64,000 nt of DNA, taken from assembly GCA_965267335.1 (NCBI GenBank), contig OZ253953.1, forward strand, positions 4,270,707 through 4,334,706, given 5' to 3'. The notes under the pieces are model-generated. The model was given only the letters and a program-made list of their open reading frames with translations, had not been told where the DNA came from and ran no database searches. Of this stretch, positions 10,007 to 20,344 are shown in pieces. Source of the stretch: Cytophagales bacterium. Lineage in GTDB: Bacteria; Bacteroidota; Bacteroidia; Cytophagales; JAAEPT01. The stretch's first letter is position 1; every line of letters begins with the position of its first letter. The position numbers and the translations under genes are program-made.

Positions 10007-13000
10007 ATGAATTTATTCTATTCAATCCTTTTAGGGATAACTATGTCCCTACCGGTTATATCATTTGCACAATCAGAGCATGCCGAGCACGATCACGATA
10101 TGGAGTGTGGTGCTCACCAAACAAAAGCTGAATTAGCTCAAACAGCACAAGATGAACTCGACTGGCAGGAGTTCAAAAGAAATCACAAGACCCTGGCTGG
10201 TGGTGAAATTCTTTCATATCCTATCAAAGTACACATTCTGCGAAGAAGTGATGGCACAGGAGGACTTACTGTTGCAGAACTCGATGAAATGCTTGAGCGC
10301 CTTAATGAAATTTATCTTGATGCTAAAATCACTTTCTATATGTGTGGTGACATCAATTACATAGATGATGACAATTATTATGATTACAGTGAACTTGATG
10401 AAACCGCATTAGCTGGTGCCAATGATGTTGCAAATGTCTGTAATATCTATTTCTGTAATAGTGTAACTAATGATGAAGGCGGAGGACTTTGTGGGTATGC
10501 TTATTACCCTACAAGTTCGAGAGATCGTGTTTTCATGGACAATGGTTGCGCAAAAAATGGTAGTACTCTAGCACATGAAATGGGACACTATTTTTACTTA
10601 AGACATACACACAATGGAGGAGATGAATTAGTAGATGGTAGCAACTGCTCTACCGCTGGTGATGATCTTTGTGACACACCAGCTGACCCTACCCTGGGAA
10701 GCAGTAATGTTGATGATAATGGTTGTACGTATACAGGTACTGAGCAAGATGCTAACGGTGATTTTTACAATCCGGATGTAACCAACATCATGTCTTATGC
10801 ACCAAGAGCTTGTCGCTTTTCCTTTTCGAATGACCAACTGACCCGAATCCGTTGGGCTGCAGAAAACTGGAGAAATGATTTATCTTGCCCTGTAACTGTA
10901 GACTTAGATGCTAAATTTGCGACAGATATTCAGTACACATGTGATGGCACCTTAGACGTACAATTTTATGATGTAAGTGATGGAAGTATTACCGGATGGA
11001 CCTGGGACTTTGGTGACGGATCACCAACCTCAAACGACCAGGACCCGACCCACACTTACTCAACTCCAGGGGTCTATGACGTAACACTTACCATCACAGA
11101 CGGCAGCAACAACTCATCATTAACCAAAACAAGCCATATCAAAGTAGGTACAGTGAGCGTCCCTTACACACAGGATTTCGAGTCGGCCGATGCACTGGAT
11201 GACTTCAAAGTCAATGATGAAATGAGAAACTATACAACAATTGAGTCTGATGCAGGGAATGGGGGAACATCGGGTATGTCTATGCAAGGATATGCCGATT
11301 ATGGTACTGCCAGCCCATATTTCAGGACTCCAAACTCCGCAGCAGAAGCCTTTAACGATTTACAGAACCCTTACTATAAATCAAAAAACATTCTTTGTGT
11401 TGATGCCACCACTTTGACGACAATGACTCTGGAATTTGATTATCAACTTGTTGAATATATCAATGACCTATATACTAACTTTAGAGTTTTAGCCAATGGG
11501 ATACAAGTCGGAATCTATAACCCTTCGGGATCCACAACTAGCTGGACTACAGAAAGCATTAACCTCGATGCCTACGTTGGGCAAGTAGTTACTATTACCT
11601 TCGAAGCTTCAAACAAGTACGCAAGGGATAAAGGCGGTTCAAGCACCAGTGGAAACGCCACCTACATTGATAACATCAACATCACCGGCACAGCAGCAAC
11701 CAACACCGCCAACTTCACGGTGGACGAAACCAGTGGTTGTACAAATACTACATTTACATTTACCGATGCCTCATCAGGTAGTATTGCCACCTATGCCTGG
11801 GACTTTGGTGCTGGAGCTTCACCGGCAAATGCCACTGGAATAGGCCCTCATACTGTTACTTATTCAACAGAAGGCACTAAAACTGTTTCACTGACTGTAG
11901 ATGATGGGGGCGGAAGCAATGATACAGAGACGAAAACAAATTTAATAACCATTGACAATACAGCTTGTACTGATTGTAATGGAGACCTTTTTGGCACAGC
12001 TTATTTAGATAATTGCTCGGACTGCGTTGGTGGAAATACCGGGCAAACGGCATGTACCCAAGATTGCAACGGTGAATGGGGAGGCACAGCATATACTGAT
12101 AACTGTTCTGATTGCGTTGGAGGAAGCACCGGACAGACTGCCTGCACCCAGGATTGCCACGGTGATTGGGGAGGTACAGCATACATAGATGGATGTAGCA
12201 ATTGTGTGGGAGGAAATACAGGAGAAACTCCTTGTGCTACTTACTGCGAATCCACATTCCCATCAGCAGGTAGTGAGTACATTTCCAACGTATCCTTTAA
12301 TACAATAGATAATACTTCGGGTGATGCTGCAACGAATGGATATGAAGACTACACGGCACAATCCACCAGTGTTTCGCTTAATTCCACTTACAATATCTCG
12401 GTTACAATCAACACGCTAGGCAATTATACTGATCATTGTGAGGTCTATATTGACTGGAATCAGGATGCTGATTTTGAAGATGCCAACGAATATTATGACC
12501 TGGGAGATGTGACTAATGAAACAGCAGGGGTATTAAGCACCAATATAACTGTACCGGCCGGTGCAACCATTGGCTCAACAAGAATGCGTGTTACCATGAT
12601 GTGGAATAATAACCCTGGTGACTGTGATGCAGATCACGTGAGCGGTTACGGAGAAACAGAAGACTACACCATCAATGTCACCAATAACGATTGCAATGGC
12701 GACCCTGGCGGAAGTGCATACCTCGACAACTGTGGTACTTGTGTAGGCGGAAATACAGGAGAAACAGCTTGCAGCCAGGACTGTAATGGTGACTGGGGTG
12801 GTACAGCTTATACAGATAACTGTAGTGATTGTGTAGGTGGAAATACCGGTGAGGTAGCATGTACTCAGGATTGTAACGGTGACTGGGGCGGCACGGCATA
12901 TACAGACAATTGTAGTGATTGTGTAGGTGGAAATACCGGTGAGGTAGCATGTACTCAAGATTGTAACGGTGATTGGGGTGGTACAGCTTATACAGATAAC

Positions 13001-13594
13001 TGTAGTGACTGCGTTGGTGGAAATACCGGTCAAACAGCTTGTACACAAGACTGTAATGGTGATTGGGGAGGTACGGCATATACAGATAACTGTAGTGATT
13101 GTGTAGGTGGAAATACCGGTGAGGTAGCATGTACTCAGGACTGTAACGGAGATTGGGGCGGTACAGCATATACAGACAACTGTAGTGACTGCGTTGGTGG
13201 AAATACCGGTGAAGTAGAGTGTACTCAGGATTGTAACGGTGACTGGGGCGGTACAGCTGCAACGGATGTTTGTGGAGATTGTGCTGGCGGAAATACGGGT
13301 ATCACACCGGAAACAGATATCAATAATTGTGTAACAGGTCTTGATCAATTAGATGGTTCAGGAGTGAAAGCATATCCAAACCCATTTGGTAGTACTATTC
13401 AGGTAGAGCTTGAAGATGGTTTTGGCGATCAGGCAACCGTTGAAATATATACAAGTGCAGGTCAGTTGATCGAATCAGCGGTTATTCAATCCGGAAAAAC
13501 AGTCGAAGTCGGAGGCTCTCTAAGTGCTGGTGTGTATCAGCTGAAAGTCTACAACGACAGTAATTCCAAAACAATAAGCATTGTTAAGTTTTAG
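10007..13594 (+). CDS. M43 (pappalysin/ulilysin-like) zinc metalloprotease with PKD domains, GEVED-like domain, Cys-rich repeats and T9SS type A sorting domain
   Basis: Signal peptide, HEMGHYFYLRH, Met-turn NIMSY, WDFGDG and WDFGAG PKD motifs, GETEDY, C-terminal AYPNPF...GVYQL. Confidence 0.88.
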   Translation: MNLFYSILLGITMSLPVISFAQSEHAEHDHDMECGAHQTKAELAQTAQDELDWQEFKRNHKTLAGGEILSYPIKVHILRRSDGTGGLTVAELDEMLERLNEIYLDAKITFYMCGDINYIDDDNYYDYSELDETALAGANDVANVCNIYFCNSVTNDEGGGLCGYAYYPTSSRDRVFMDNGCAKNGSTLAHEMGHYFYLRHTHNGGDELVDGSNCSTAGDDLCDTPADPTLGSSNVDDNGCTYTGTEQDANGDFYNPDVTNIMSYAPRACRFSFSNDQLTRIRWAAENWRNDLSCPVTVDLDAKFATDIQYTCDGTLDVQFYDVSDGSITGWTWDFGDGSPTSNDQDPTHTYSTPGVYDVTLTITDGSNNSSLTKTSHIKVGTVSVPYTQDFESADALDDFKVNDEMRNYTTIESDAGNGGTSGMSMQGYADYGTASPYFRTPNSAAEAFNDLQNPYYKSKNILCVDATTLTTMTLEFDYQLVEYINDLYTNFRVLANGIQVGIYNPSGSTTSWTTESINLDAYVGQVVTITFEASNKYARDKGGSSTSGNATYIDNINITGTAATNTANFTVDETSGCTNTTFTFTDASSGSIATYAWDFGAGASPANATGIGPHTVTYSTEGTKTVSLTVDDGGGSNDTETKTNLITIDNTACTDCNGDLFGTAYLDNCSDCVGGNTGQTACTQDCNGEWGGTAYTDNCSDCVGGSTGQTACTQDCHGDWGGTAYIDGCSNCVGGNTGETPCATYCESTFPSAGSEYISNVSFNTIDNTSGDAATNGYEDYTAQSTSVSLNSTYNISVTINTLGNYTDHCEVYIDWNQDADFEDANEYYDLGDVTNETAGVLSTNITVPAGATIGSTRMRVTMMWNNNPGDCDADHVSGYGETEDYTINVTNNDCNGDPGGSAYLDNCGTCVGGNTGETACSQDCNGDWGGTAYTDNCSDCVGGNTGEVACTQDCNGDWGGTAYTDNCSDCVGGNTGEVACTQDCNGDWGGTAYTDNCSDCVGGNTGQTACTQDCNGDWGGTAYTDNCSDCVGGNTGEVACTQDCNGDWGGTAYTDNCSDCVGGNTGEVECTQDCNGDWGGTAATDVCGDCAGGNTGITPETDINNCVTGLDQLDGSGVKAYPNPFGSTIQVELEDGFGDQATVEIYTSAGQLIESAVIQSGKTVEVGGSLSAGVYQLKVYNDSNSKTISIVKF
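11972..13300 (+). repeat. Intragenic 90 bp / 30 aa Cys-rich repeats (DCNGDWGGTAYTDNCSDCVGGNTGxxACTQ), 3 + 7 copies split by the GEVED-like domain
   Basis: Visible in the translation; blocks start at about 11972 and 12689. Confidence 0.92.
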
Positions 13595-13659
13595 GCACTA
13601 TTGTTGAGTAGGGTTAAACCTTTAATCAATCAGTTTGTCCAAGACAAAAACTATCAATT

Positions 13660-14130
13660 ATGAGAACAAAAGGAATATCATTTTTACTCGTAACCCTAAT
13701 GCTATTTACAGCAACCCTGTCAACGGCAAAGCCTCCTCGTGTGGCCAGAGCAAAAGCTCGTGCTACAATGATGAGAACTCAACGAGTTATCTTTGCTGCG
13801 CATAGAGCTTTAAAACAGGGCAAGGTGTTTACAGGTCACTTCAGAAGAGCTGTACTTCACCAACGAATGGCCAGAAGGAGATTCAGAAGAGGCATGTATT
13901 GGAAAGCTATCGCTCACTCAAGATATGCCAGAAGATTAGCAAGAATTGCTATCGTTAAGAATAAGGGACAAGCTCCCAAAGGTACTGAAGATACCGCAGA
14001 AGAAGACAAGCTACTAGGCAAAGCCCCTTCTGATGCCAGCCTTGACAAAGAAATGGAAGCAGAACTTCCTGATGATGTCAAAGAAGAGGACTTGGTAGAA
14101 ATGGAAGATTTGGGAATTACTGTAGACTAA
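13660..14130 (+). CDS. Hypothetical secreted protein, Arg-rich N-half and acidic C-tail
   Basis: Signal peptide (…STA-K); followed by a terminator. Confidence 0.75.
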   Translation: MRTKGISFLLVTLMLFTATLSTAKPPRVARAKARATMMRTQRVIFAAHRALKQGKVFTGHFRRAVLHQRMARRRFRRGMYWKAIAHSRYARRLARIAIVKNKGQAPKGTEDTAEEDKLLGKAPSDASLDKEMEAELPDDVKEEDLVEMEDLGITVD

Positions 14131-14145
14131 AAAGCCACTAAAAAT

Positions 14146-14180
14146 AAAAACCGGAAGCACTTTTGCGTTCCGGTTTTTTT
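14146..14180. terminator. Bidirectional intrinsic terminator
   Basis: AAAAACCGGAA-gcacttttgcg-TTCCGGTTTTTTT between convergent genes. Confidence 0.85.
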
Positions 14181-14231
14181 ATGTTGTCCAATTTCGTCTA
14201 ATCTTTAATACAAGTCAAGACAACCTGTTAT

Positions 14232-14774
14232 TTACCAATCACTATCTGTATCTTCAATAATAGCTGAGGTCTTCTTCACAGTTGCCTTTAAGCTCTGTAT
14301 GTATTTCTGTACTTTTTCATGGGTGTCCTTTTTAATAGTAACCCAACTCGAATATGGTAACTGATGTCTAGTGCAAGCTGACTTTTCACTTTCCAATGGT
14401 CCACAATTTGCATGTGAAGCAGTATGTTTAAAGTTGGTAAGCTTATATTTGTACCTACCGTCCTTACAGTAAATCACTACCGAAAAAGTAACTGTCCCAT
14501 CTTCATAACCACCTAGTTGAACACCTCTGTAATGAACACCAATTTTTCCATCCCATTGTATTTTGGAATTAGCCTCCTTGGCTTTCAGTTGAAACTTTTT
14601 TGAGGCTCCCCAGGCAAGTGCCTTTTTGTAAATATCTGATGCTGAAAGTTCGTCAACATCTACCACATCGGTATAGGTTATTTTTCCGGTTTTTTCGTCA
14701 ATAGGAAAATCCTGAGCGTATACTGAACTTGTTAGGAGAACGAAACTGAAGAAGAGAACACTTATACTTTTCAT
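14232..14774 (-). CDS. Secreted DUF4468-like protein
   Basis: Signal peptide, TGKITYTDVV...IYKKALAW and CKDGRYKY motifs. Confidence 0.6.
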   Translation of the reverse strand: MKSISVLFFSFVLLTSSVYAQDFPIDEKTGKITYTDVVDVDELSASDIYKKALAWGASKKFQLKAKEANSKIQWDGKIGVHYRGVQLGGYEDGTVTFSVVIYCKDGRYKYKLTNFKHTASHANCGPLESEKSACTRHQLPYSSWVTIKKDTHEKVQKYIQSLKATVKKTSAIIEDTDSDW

Positions 14775-14926
14775 GGCTTATTGTTGGTTAATAGAACATT
14801 TTAAATTAACTAATTCTAAATGAAATCAAAAATTAGGCCAGCTATCTCGATTTCATGAATCATTGTTGACCTCCAGCCGTATTATTTCCTATATTGATAA
14901 CCCAAAATTTTCAATCATTCAATCAC

Positions 14927-15463
14927 ATGAACAAAAGGCTATCGTTATCATTTCTTATTATTTCATACCTACTTACAATTCACACAGGCTTTTCACAAGA
15001 GCAGGTCGACTCAGTGAAAGTATTGCAGTTGATTAATGTAAAGAAAGGAAAGAGCGAACTGATTTTTCATGGTGAAAAGGTCATTTACAGGGTTAATAAT
15101 GAGAAAAAAAACTACAAAGGACATATTGATTTAATTGATGATGAAGGAATTGTAGTCGATGGGAAGGCTGTAAAGCTGGAAAGCATTTCAATGATTATGA
15201 GTAAGACACACCGAAAACTTATCCGCTTTACCGGTGGCTCTACAATTGTTCTTGGTGGTTTGTTAACGGCCAGTGGCGTATCCTTACTGGCGCTAAACCA
15301 GGGAATTTCTCCTTACATCGGTGTGGTTGGATTAATAACCGGTATTCCAGCCGTAATTGCAGGCATCATTCCATTCACGCATACCAACCATTACAGTATG
15401 AGCAAGGGTTGGAAGCCTCACGTAATTTCTCTTCCTGTCTACAATGAAGAAGATGAACTTTGA
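14927..15463 (+). CDS. Hypothetical protein with signal peptide and C-terminal hydrophobic hairpin
   Basis: ORF; ATG 14927 begins a clean signal peptide. Confidence 0.65.
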   Translation: MNKRLSLSFLIISYLLTIHTGFSQEQVDSVKVLQLINVKKGKSELIFHGEKVIYRVNNEKKNYKGHIDLIDDEGIVVDGKAVKLESISMIMSKTHRKLIRFTGGSTIVLGGLLTASGVSLLALNQGISPYIGVVGLITGIPAVIAGIIPFTHTNHYSMSKGWKPHVISLPVYNEEDEL

Positions 15464-15473
15464 GAAGGTTAGT

Positions 15474-16706
15474 CTATGCTGGCTTTAACTCGAGAATAGT
15501 TATTTCGGGTAGTATACCCACCCTTCCCGGATAGCCTAAAAACCCATATCCTCTGTTAACATAAAGTTGCTGACCATCGGTTTCATAATGACCGGCCCAT
15601 TGTTTATACCGGTACTGCACAGGACTCCACTTAAAATCCCCCCACTCAACTCCTAGTTGCATACCGTGTGTATGTCCGGCCAACATCAATGCGATATCCT
15701 TATAGTTCTCCCGAACCTGGGCATCCCAATGACTAGGGTCATGAGAAAGTAATATTTTTACATCATGGTCTTTCACACCCTGATAGGCCTTCGCGAGGTC
15801 ACCATACTTTGGAAAGTTACCCGTCCCCCAGTTTTCAACTCCTATCAGGCCTATTTCTTCATCACCCACCTTTAAAATTCTACTATCATTCAAGAGCAAA
15901 TCCCAGCCTAGTTCCTTGTGAGCAAGCTTTACTTTTTCCAGATTGGCTGCCTTAGCTTCTTTCGAAGGCCAATTGTGATACTCTCCGTAGTCGTGATTGC
16001 CAAGAATCGAATAAACACCCATAGGAGCCTTTACCCTTTTAAAGACATCGTAATAATCATGAATTTCTTCGGCCAGGTCATTGATGAGGTCACCGGTAAA
16101 AAAAACGATGTCGGGTTTTTCTGCCATGGCCAGGTCAACTCCTCCCGCCACGGCAGTTTTATTATAGAAGCTTCCGGAATGTATATCTGATATCTGACAA
16201 ACCCTGAGCCCGTCAAACTTAGCAGGTAGGTTTTTCAAAAAAACCTGTCGCCTTCGTACTCTGTAGTCATGAGCTCCCGACACAATCCCAAATGTCATTG
16301 TGGTTAATGGAATGGATGCCACGATCAAGGCACTTTTAGTAATGAAATCTGCCCGAGACATTTTCTTTACGGGGTCCAGTGTCGGTTCTTTTTTAATGAT
16401 CTTATTTTTTGTCCAGATGAATCCGTTGATCATGTCATTGAACAACACAAAAACAAAAATAACCAGCTTGGTTGCGAAGAGCACGAAATGTAAACCGGCT
16501 ATAAAAATCCTATATCCCTTGGGTAGACCGGTAATAAACAAGAGCAAAAAGCTTATAACGATGATCGCACTAATCCCCCAATAAACTCTAGGTATCCATT
16601 TCTTCAGCTTTGGCTTAAGGTTCCGAATTCTTAAGTAGACCGCTCGGTAGGCGAAAATGTCTACTACCAAAACGGTAATCATAATAATTGTTAAGATCTT
16701 GACCAT
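15474..16706 (-). CDS. Membrane-anchored metallophosphoesterase (YkuE/YaeI-like)
   Basis: SDIH, GDL, GNHD, SHDP, GHTHG motifs; N-terminal TMs. Confidence 0.9.
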   Translation of the reverse strand: MVKILTIIMITVLVVDIFAYRAVYLRIRNLKPKLKKWIPRVYWGISAIIVISFLLLFITGLPKGYRIFIAGLHFVLFATKLVIFVFVLFNDMINGFIWTKNKIIKKEPTLDPVKKMSRADFITKSALIVASIPLTTMTFGIVSGAHDYRVRRRQVFLKNLPAKFDGLRVCQISDIHSGSFYNKTAVAGGVDLAMAEKPDIVFFTGDLINDLAEEIHDYYDVFKRVKAPMGVYSILGNHDYGEYHNWPSKEAKAANLEKVKLAHKELGWDLLLNDSRILKVGDEEIGLIGVENWGTGNFPKYGDLAKAYQGVKDHDVKILLSHDPSHWDAQVRENYKDIALMLAGHTHGMQLGVEWGDFKWSPVQYRYKQWAGHYETDGQQLYVNRGYGFLGYPGRVGILPEITILELKPA

Positions 16707-16710
16707 AGCT

Positions 16711-16750
16711 AAAAAGTTGAGCCCGGCAACGTAACGCATGCCGGGCTCAT
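16711..16750 (-). terminator. Intrinsic terminator after the RND permease
   Basis: TGAGCCCGGCA...TGCCGGGCTCA stem, then ACTTTTT on the minus strand. Confidence 0.7.
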
Positions 16751-16757
16751 ATTGTTC

Positions 16758-19700
16758 CTAAACTAACTCATCAACCTCACCATTTTTAGATGTGACAAGA
16801 CCAGCTTCCACTTCCTTAAACGGGTTAGCAATTAACCTAAATGTTATCCAGCTCCAAAATCCAACAAACGAACGCCACAACCCTTGTTCGTACAGGTAGT
16901 ATTTCAATCTTTCAACCCCCAGATACATCACAGGTATAATGATCAGGGTTAAGAAGGTGGCAAAGGTAATTCCAAAGATTATAGTCCATGACATAGGCCC
17001 CCAGAATATTACATTATCCCCCCCCATATAAACATTAGGGTTATAATCTGAAAAGAGGCCAAAAAAATCGATATTAAGACCCGTTGCCAATGGCAATAGA
17101 CCAAGTACGGTTGTGATCGCGGTTAATAGAACCGGACGTAATCTGGTTTTACCGGCTTGTACTACAACCTGAATCATATCCTTTTTTGAGAGCCTTCCTT
17201 CAATTCCAAACTCTTCTTTCTTTCTGTTCTTTAACAATTCGGAATAGTCAAGAAGAACGATGGCATTATTCACAACAACACCTGCCAGTGATATGATACC
17301 AATCATTGTCATAATGATGATAAAATTCATCTGAAAGCCCACGAGCCCTAAAAATACCCCGATTGTACTGAACAACACAGAAGCGAGTATGATAAAGGGC
17401 GCGGACATTTTGTTAAACTGAGCTACGATAATTAATAATATCAGGAATAATGCGGAAATCAAGGCCTGACCCAAAAAGTCCATTTCCTTTGCCTGCTCTT
17501 CCTGCTCACCAGTAAACTTGAAACTATATCCATCTCTCAACTTGTAGTCTTTAAGTAGGTCCTTAATTTGAAAAACAACTTCGTTGGCGTTATAACCATC
17601 TGCAATATTGGAGTATACCGTTACTACTCTTTGCTCGTCCTTATGCTTAATGGATGCAAAAGAGTATTTATCATTCCTCTTAGTGATGGCATTGATCGGA
17701 ATTTGTTTTATCTGACCATCAGACTGGCTTCGAAAAGTTACTGGCTGATTCAACAAGCTCTCCATATCGTTTCGATATTTATCATCCAGCCGCACCATAA
17801 TCGGGTAATCTTCCCCATCTGCTTTGTAAGTACTTTTCGTTTCAAGTCCGTACAAAGAATTTCTGATAGTCATTGAAATGTCGGTGGTATTCACTCCTAG
17901 ATACTGAGCTAATTCGTAGTTAATTTCCCATTCGGTTTCCAATTTACCCTTATCAAGGTCTGTCTTTAGCTCGTCATAGCCTTCTATATTGGACTCCCTG
18001 ATTCTTGCTATTATGTCTTCTGCCGAAGCAATCAACTCAGAGTATTCGTTTCCAGATATTTCAATGTTAATTGGCTTACCAACAGGGGGTCCCGCTCTAT
18101 CTTTATCAACTGTAATTACAGCATCCCTGTGAGGTTCATACTTAGACTGAGACCCCAGCAATGTCGGTATTGTATCTCTTAATTGATTTAATACTTCCTG
18201 AGAATTGATCCCTTGACGATCCTCAAATTCTTTAAATTCTATATTGATACGCGCTTTATATGGCGTTGATGTATTAGCTCCGGTCGCCATCGGATCACCA
18301 GGATCTGAAGTTCCTTTTCCTACAGAGGTGGATACCGCTTTCACCGCTGGCATATAGTTTTTCTTTTCAAGAATAGCTCTAACGTCCTGTTCCATTGTAA
18401 GCGCTAATTCCTGTGTCGGCTCAATTCCGGTAGGAAGTGGTTTCTCAATAAACACATTGACATATCTTGGATAATTGTCAGGGAAAAACTCAACCTTTGG
18501 AGTAAACATACCTAGTAGAACAAAGCTAAATATTAGCAGCATGAAAATCCCAAATGTGAATACAATTGGCTTTCTACCCGAGAGGGCAAAATTCAACACT
18601 TTTTCGTACAAATTCTCCAACCTAGGTAGAAAACTATTTTGAAAGCGATTAGCCGCAGGAGTCAACAAAATCATATTCAAGACAATTAATAACCCCAACA
18701 GTATCCAGAAATTACCCCAACCAATACTCTCGCTCATAATACAAAGGGCGCCTATTATAATTAAGGACCCGGCACCGATGTACCAGTTTCTCTGATTAAC
18801 CTTATGGCCTCCCACTCTCATAAATACAGCCGTCAACGCAGGGTTAATGACCAAGGCGACAAAAAGAGACGAGCTCAATACAATAATCAGCGTAATAGGC
18901 AAGAATTTCATAAACTCTCCCATAATACCCGGCCATACAGCGAGAGGCAAAAATGCAGCTAGTGTTGTAGCCGTAGATGCGATGATTGGCCAGGCGACTT
19001 CTCCCACCCCTTCGCGAGCAGCCCTTAAAGGTGAGTAACCTTCATCCATCAAACGGTAAATATTTTCTACAACGACAATACCATTATCCACTAACATGCC
19101 AAGAGCCATTATAAGTCCAAATAGTACCATCATGTTAATGGTAATCCCAAGCGAGCTGAATACCAGGAAGCTTAGGAACATGGAAAGAGGAATTGCAACT
19201 CCAACAAACAAGCTGTTTCTCGTGCCTAAAAAGAATAAAAGAACAAGTACCACAAGAATCACCCCGGAAATAATACTATTTTCCAAATTGGCTACCTGTG
19301 CTCTTGTTTGATTACTTTGATCCAAAGTAATAGTCATTCCTACATCAGAAGGTATGGGAGATGCCGTGTTATCAGGGTCTTGAGCCTCCTGAATTATCTT
19401 GTTTATATTATCGGAAGCTGCTAAGAGGTTTTTACCACTGCTTTTAATGATCTCGAGCTGCACCACATTTTGTCCATCAAATCGGGCAAAACTTTCTTTC
19501 TCTTTCTCCTCTAGAACTACTGGAACGGAAAGAACTTCCCTTAGTCTTATTGCGCGACCTTTCTCTTGTTTTACAATTAGACTTTCCAACTCCCTTAGGT
19601 CTTTAATTTGCCCGTTGAACATTACCTGACGTTCAACACCATCAACTTTCACATTTCCTCCGGACACATCCGAATTTCTCTTGTCGATTGCAGTCGCTAT

Positions 19701-20336
19701 ATCATTAAAGCTTAACTGCATCGCTTGCATCTTATGCTTATCAAGGAAAATTTTGACTTCCTTTTCTTCAACCCCCCTTATATGGACTTCCGATATTTCA
19801 ACAAGGTCCTCTATCTTCTCCTCCAAATACTCTGCATACTCCTTCAGCGTATCCAAACCATAATTCCCATACATATTAATGTACATAATCGGAAATTCAG
19901 CAAAGTTGATATCATCAACAATGGGGTCTTGATCCAGGTCATCCGGCAGTTCACTTTTGGCCTTGTCCACGGCATCTTTGACCTCACGTAATGCATCGGA
20001 AGCCAAAATGGTACTCTCAAACTCCACAATGATTGTTGACATATCCTGAATGGAGTTAGATTGTAATTTTTTGATACCAGAAATCGTGTTGATTTCCTTT
20101 TCAAGCTCATCTGTTATGAGCTTCTCTACGTTCTCAGGGGTATTACCGGGATATGGTGTTCCGACATAAATAGTAGGTAATTCAACTTCTGGAAAAGCTT
20201 CTTTTGGAAGATTTTGATATCCAGAAAGTCCCATGAAGATTATGATAACTGTCAGAAAAAAAACAGTCGTACGATTATTTATTGCCCAAGTTGTTAACCC
20301 GAACTCTCTTATAGTTTTTTTCTTTTCTTGACTCAT
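16758..20336 (-). CDS. RND efflux transporter permease (AcrB family)
   Basis: LPKEAFPEV, GMLVDNGIVVVENI, RLRPVLLTAITT. Confidence 0.95.
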   Translation of the reverse strand: MSQEKKKTIREFGLTTWAINNRTTVFFLTVIIIFMGLSGYQNLPKEAFPEVELPTIYVGTPYPGNTPENVEKLITDELEKEINTISGIKKLQSNSIQDMSTIIVEFESTILASDALREVKDAVDKAKSELPDDLDQDPIVDDINFAEFPIMYINMYGNYGLDTLKEYAEYLEEKIEDLVEISEVHIRGVEEKEVKIFLDKHKMQAMQLSFNDIATAIDKRNSDVSGGNVKVDGVERQVMFNGQIKDLRELESLIVKQEKGRAIRLREVLSVPVVLEEKEKESFARFDGQNVVQLEIIKSSGKNLLAASDNINKIIQEAQDPDNTASPIPSDVGMTITLDQSNQTRAQVANLENSIISGVILVVLVLLFFLGTRNSLFVGVAIPLSMFLSFLVFSSLGITINMMVLFGLIMALGMLVDNGIVVVENIYRLMDEGYSPLRAAREGVGEVAWPIIASTATTLAAFLPLAVWPGIMGEFMKFLPITLIIVLSSSLFVALVINPALTAVFMRVGGHKVNQRNWYIGAGSLIIIGALCIMSESIGWGNFWILLGLLIVLNMILLTPAANRFQNSFLPRLENLYEKVLNFALSGRKPIVFTFGIFMLLIFSFVLLGMFTPKVEFFPDNYPRYVNVFIEKPLPTGIEPTQELALTMEQDVRAILEKKNYMPAVKAVSTSVGKGTSDPGDPMATGANTSTPYKARINIEFKEFEDRQGINSQEVLNQLRDTIPTLLGSQSKYEPHRDAVITVDKDRAGPPVGKPINIEISGNEYSELIASAEDIIARIRESNIEGYDELKTDLDKGKLETEWEINYELAQYLGVNTTDISMTIRNSLYGLETKSTYKADGEDYPIMVRLDDKYRNDMESLLNQPVTFRSQSDGQIKQIPINAITKRNDKYSFASIKHKDEQRVVTVYSNIADGYNANEVVFQIKDLLKDYKLRDGYSFKFTGEQEEQAKEMDFLGQALISALFLILLIIVAQFNKMSAPFIILASVLFSTIGVFLGLVGFQMNFIIIMTMIGIISLAGVVVNNAIVLLDYSELLKNRKKEEFGIEGRLSKKDMIQVVVQAGKTRLRPVLLTAITTVLGLLPLATGLNIDFFGLFSDYNPNVYMGGDNVIFWGPMSWTIIFGITFATFLTLIIIPVMYLGVERLKYYLYEQGLWRSFVGFWSWITFRLIANPFKEVEAGLVTSKNGEVDELV

Positions 20337-20344
20337 GTCTCAGG

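Noticed and set aside
11877-13348. Long antisense ORFs (12575-13348, 12678-13262, 11877-12182, 12001-12201)
   Set aside because: Shadows of the 90 bp coding repeats on the + strand.
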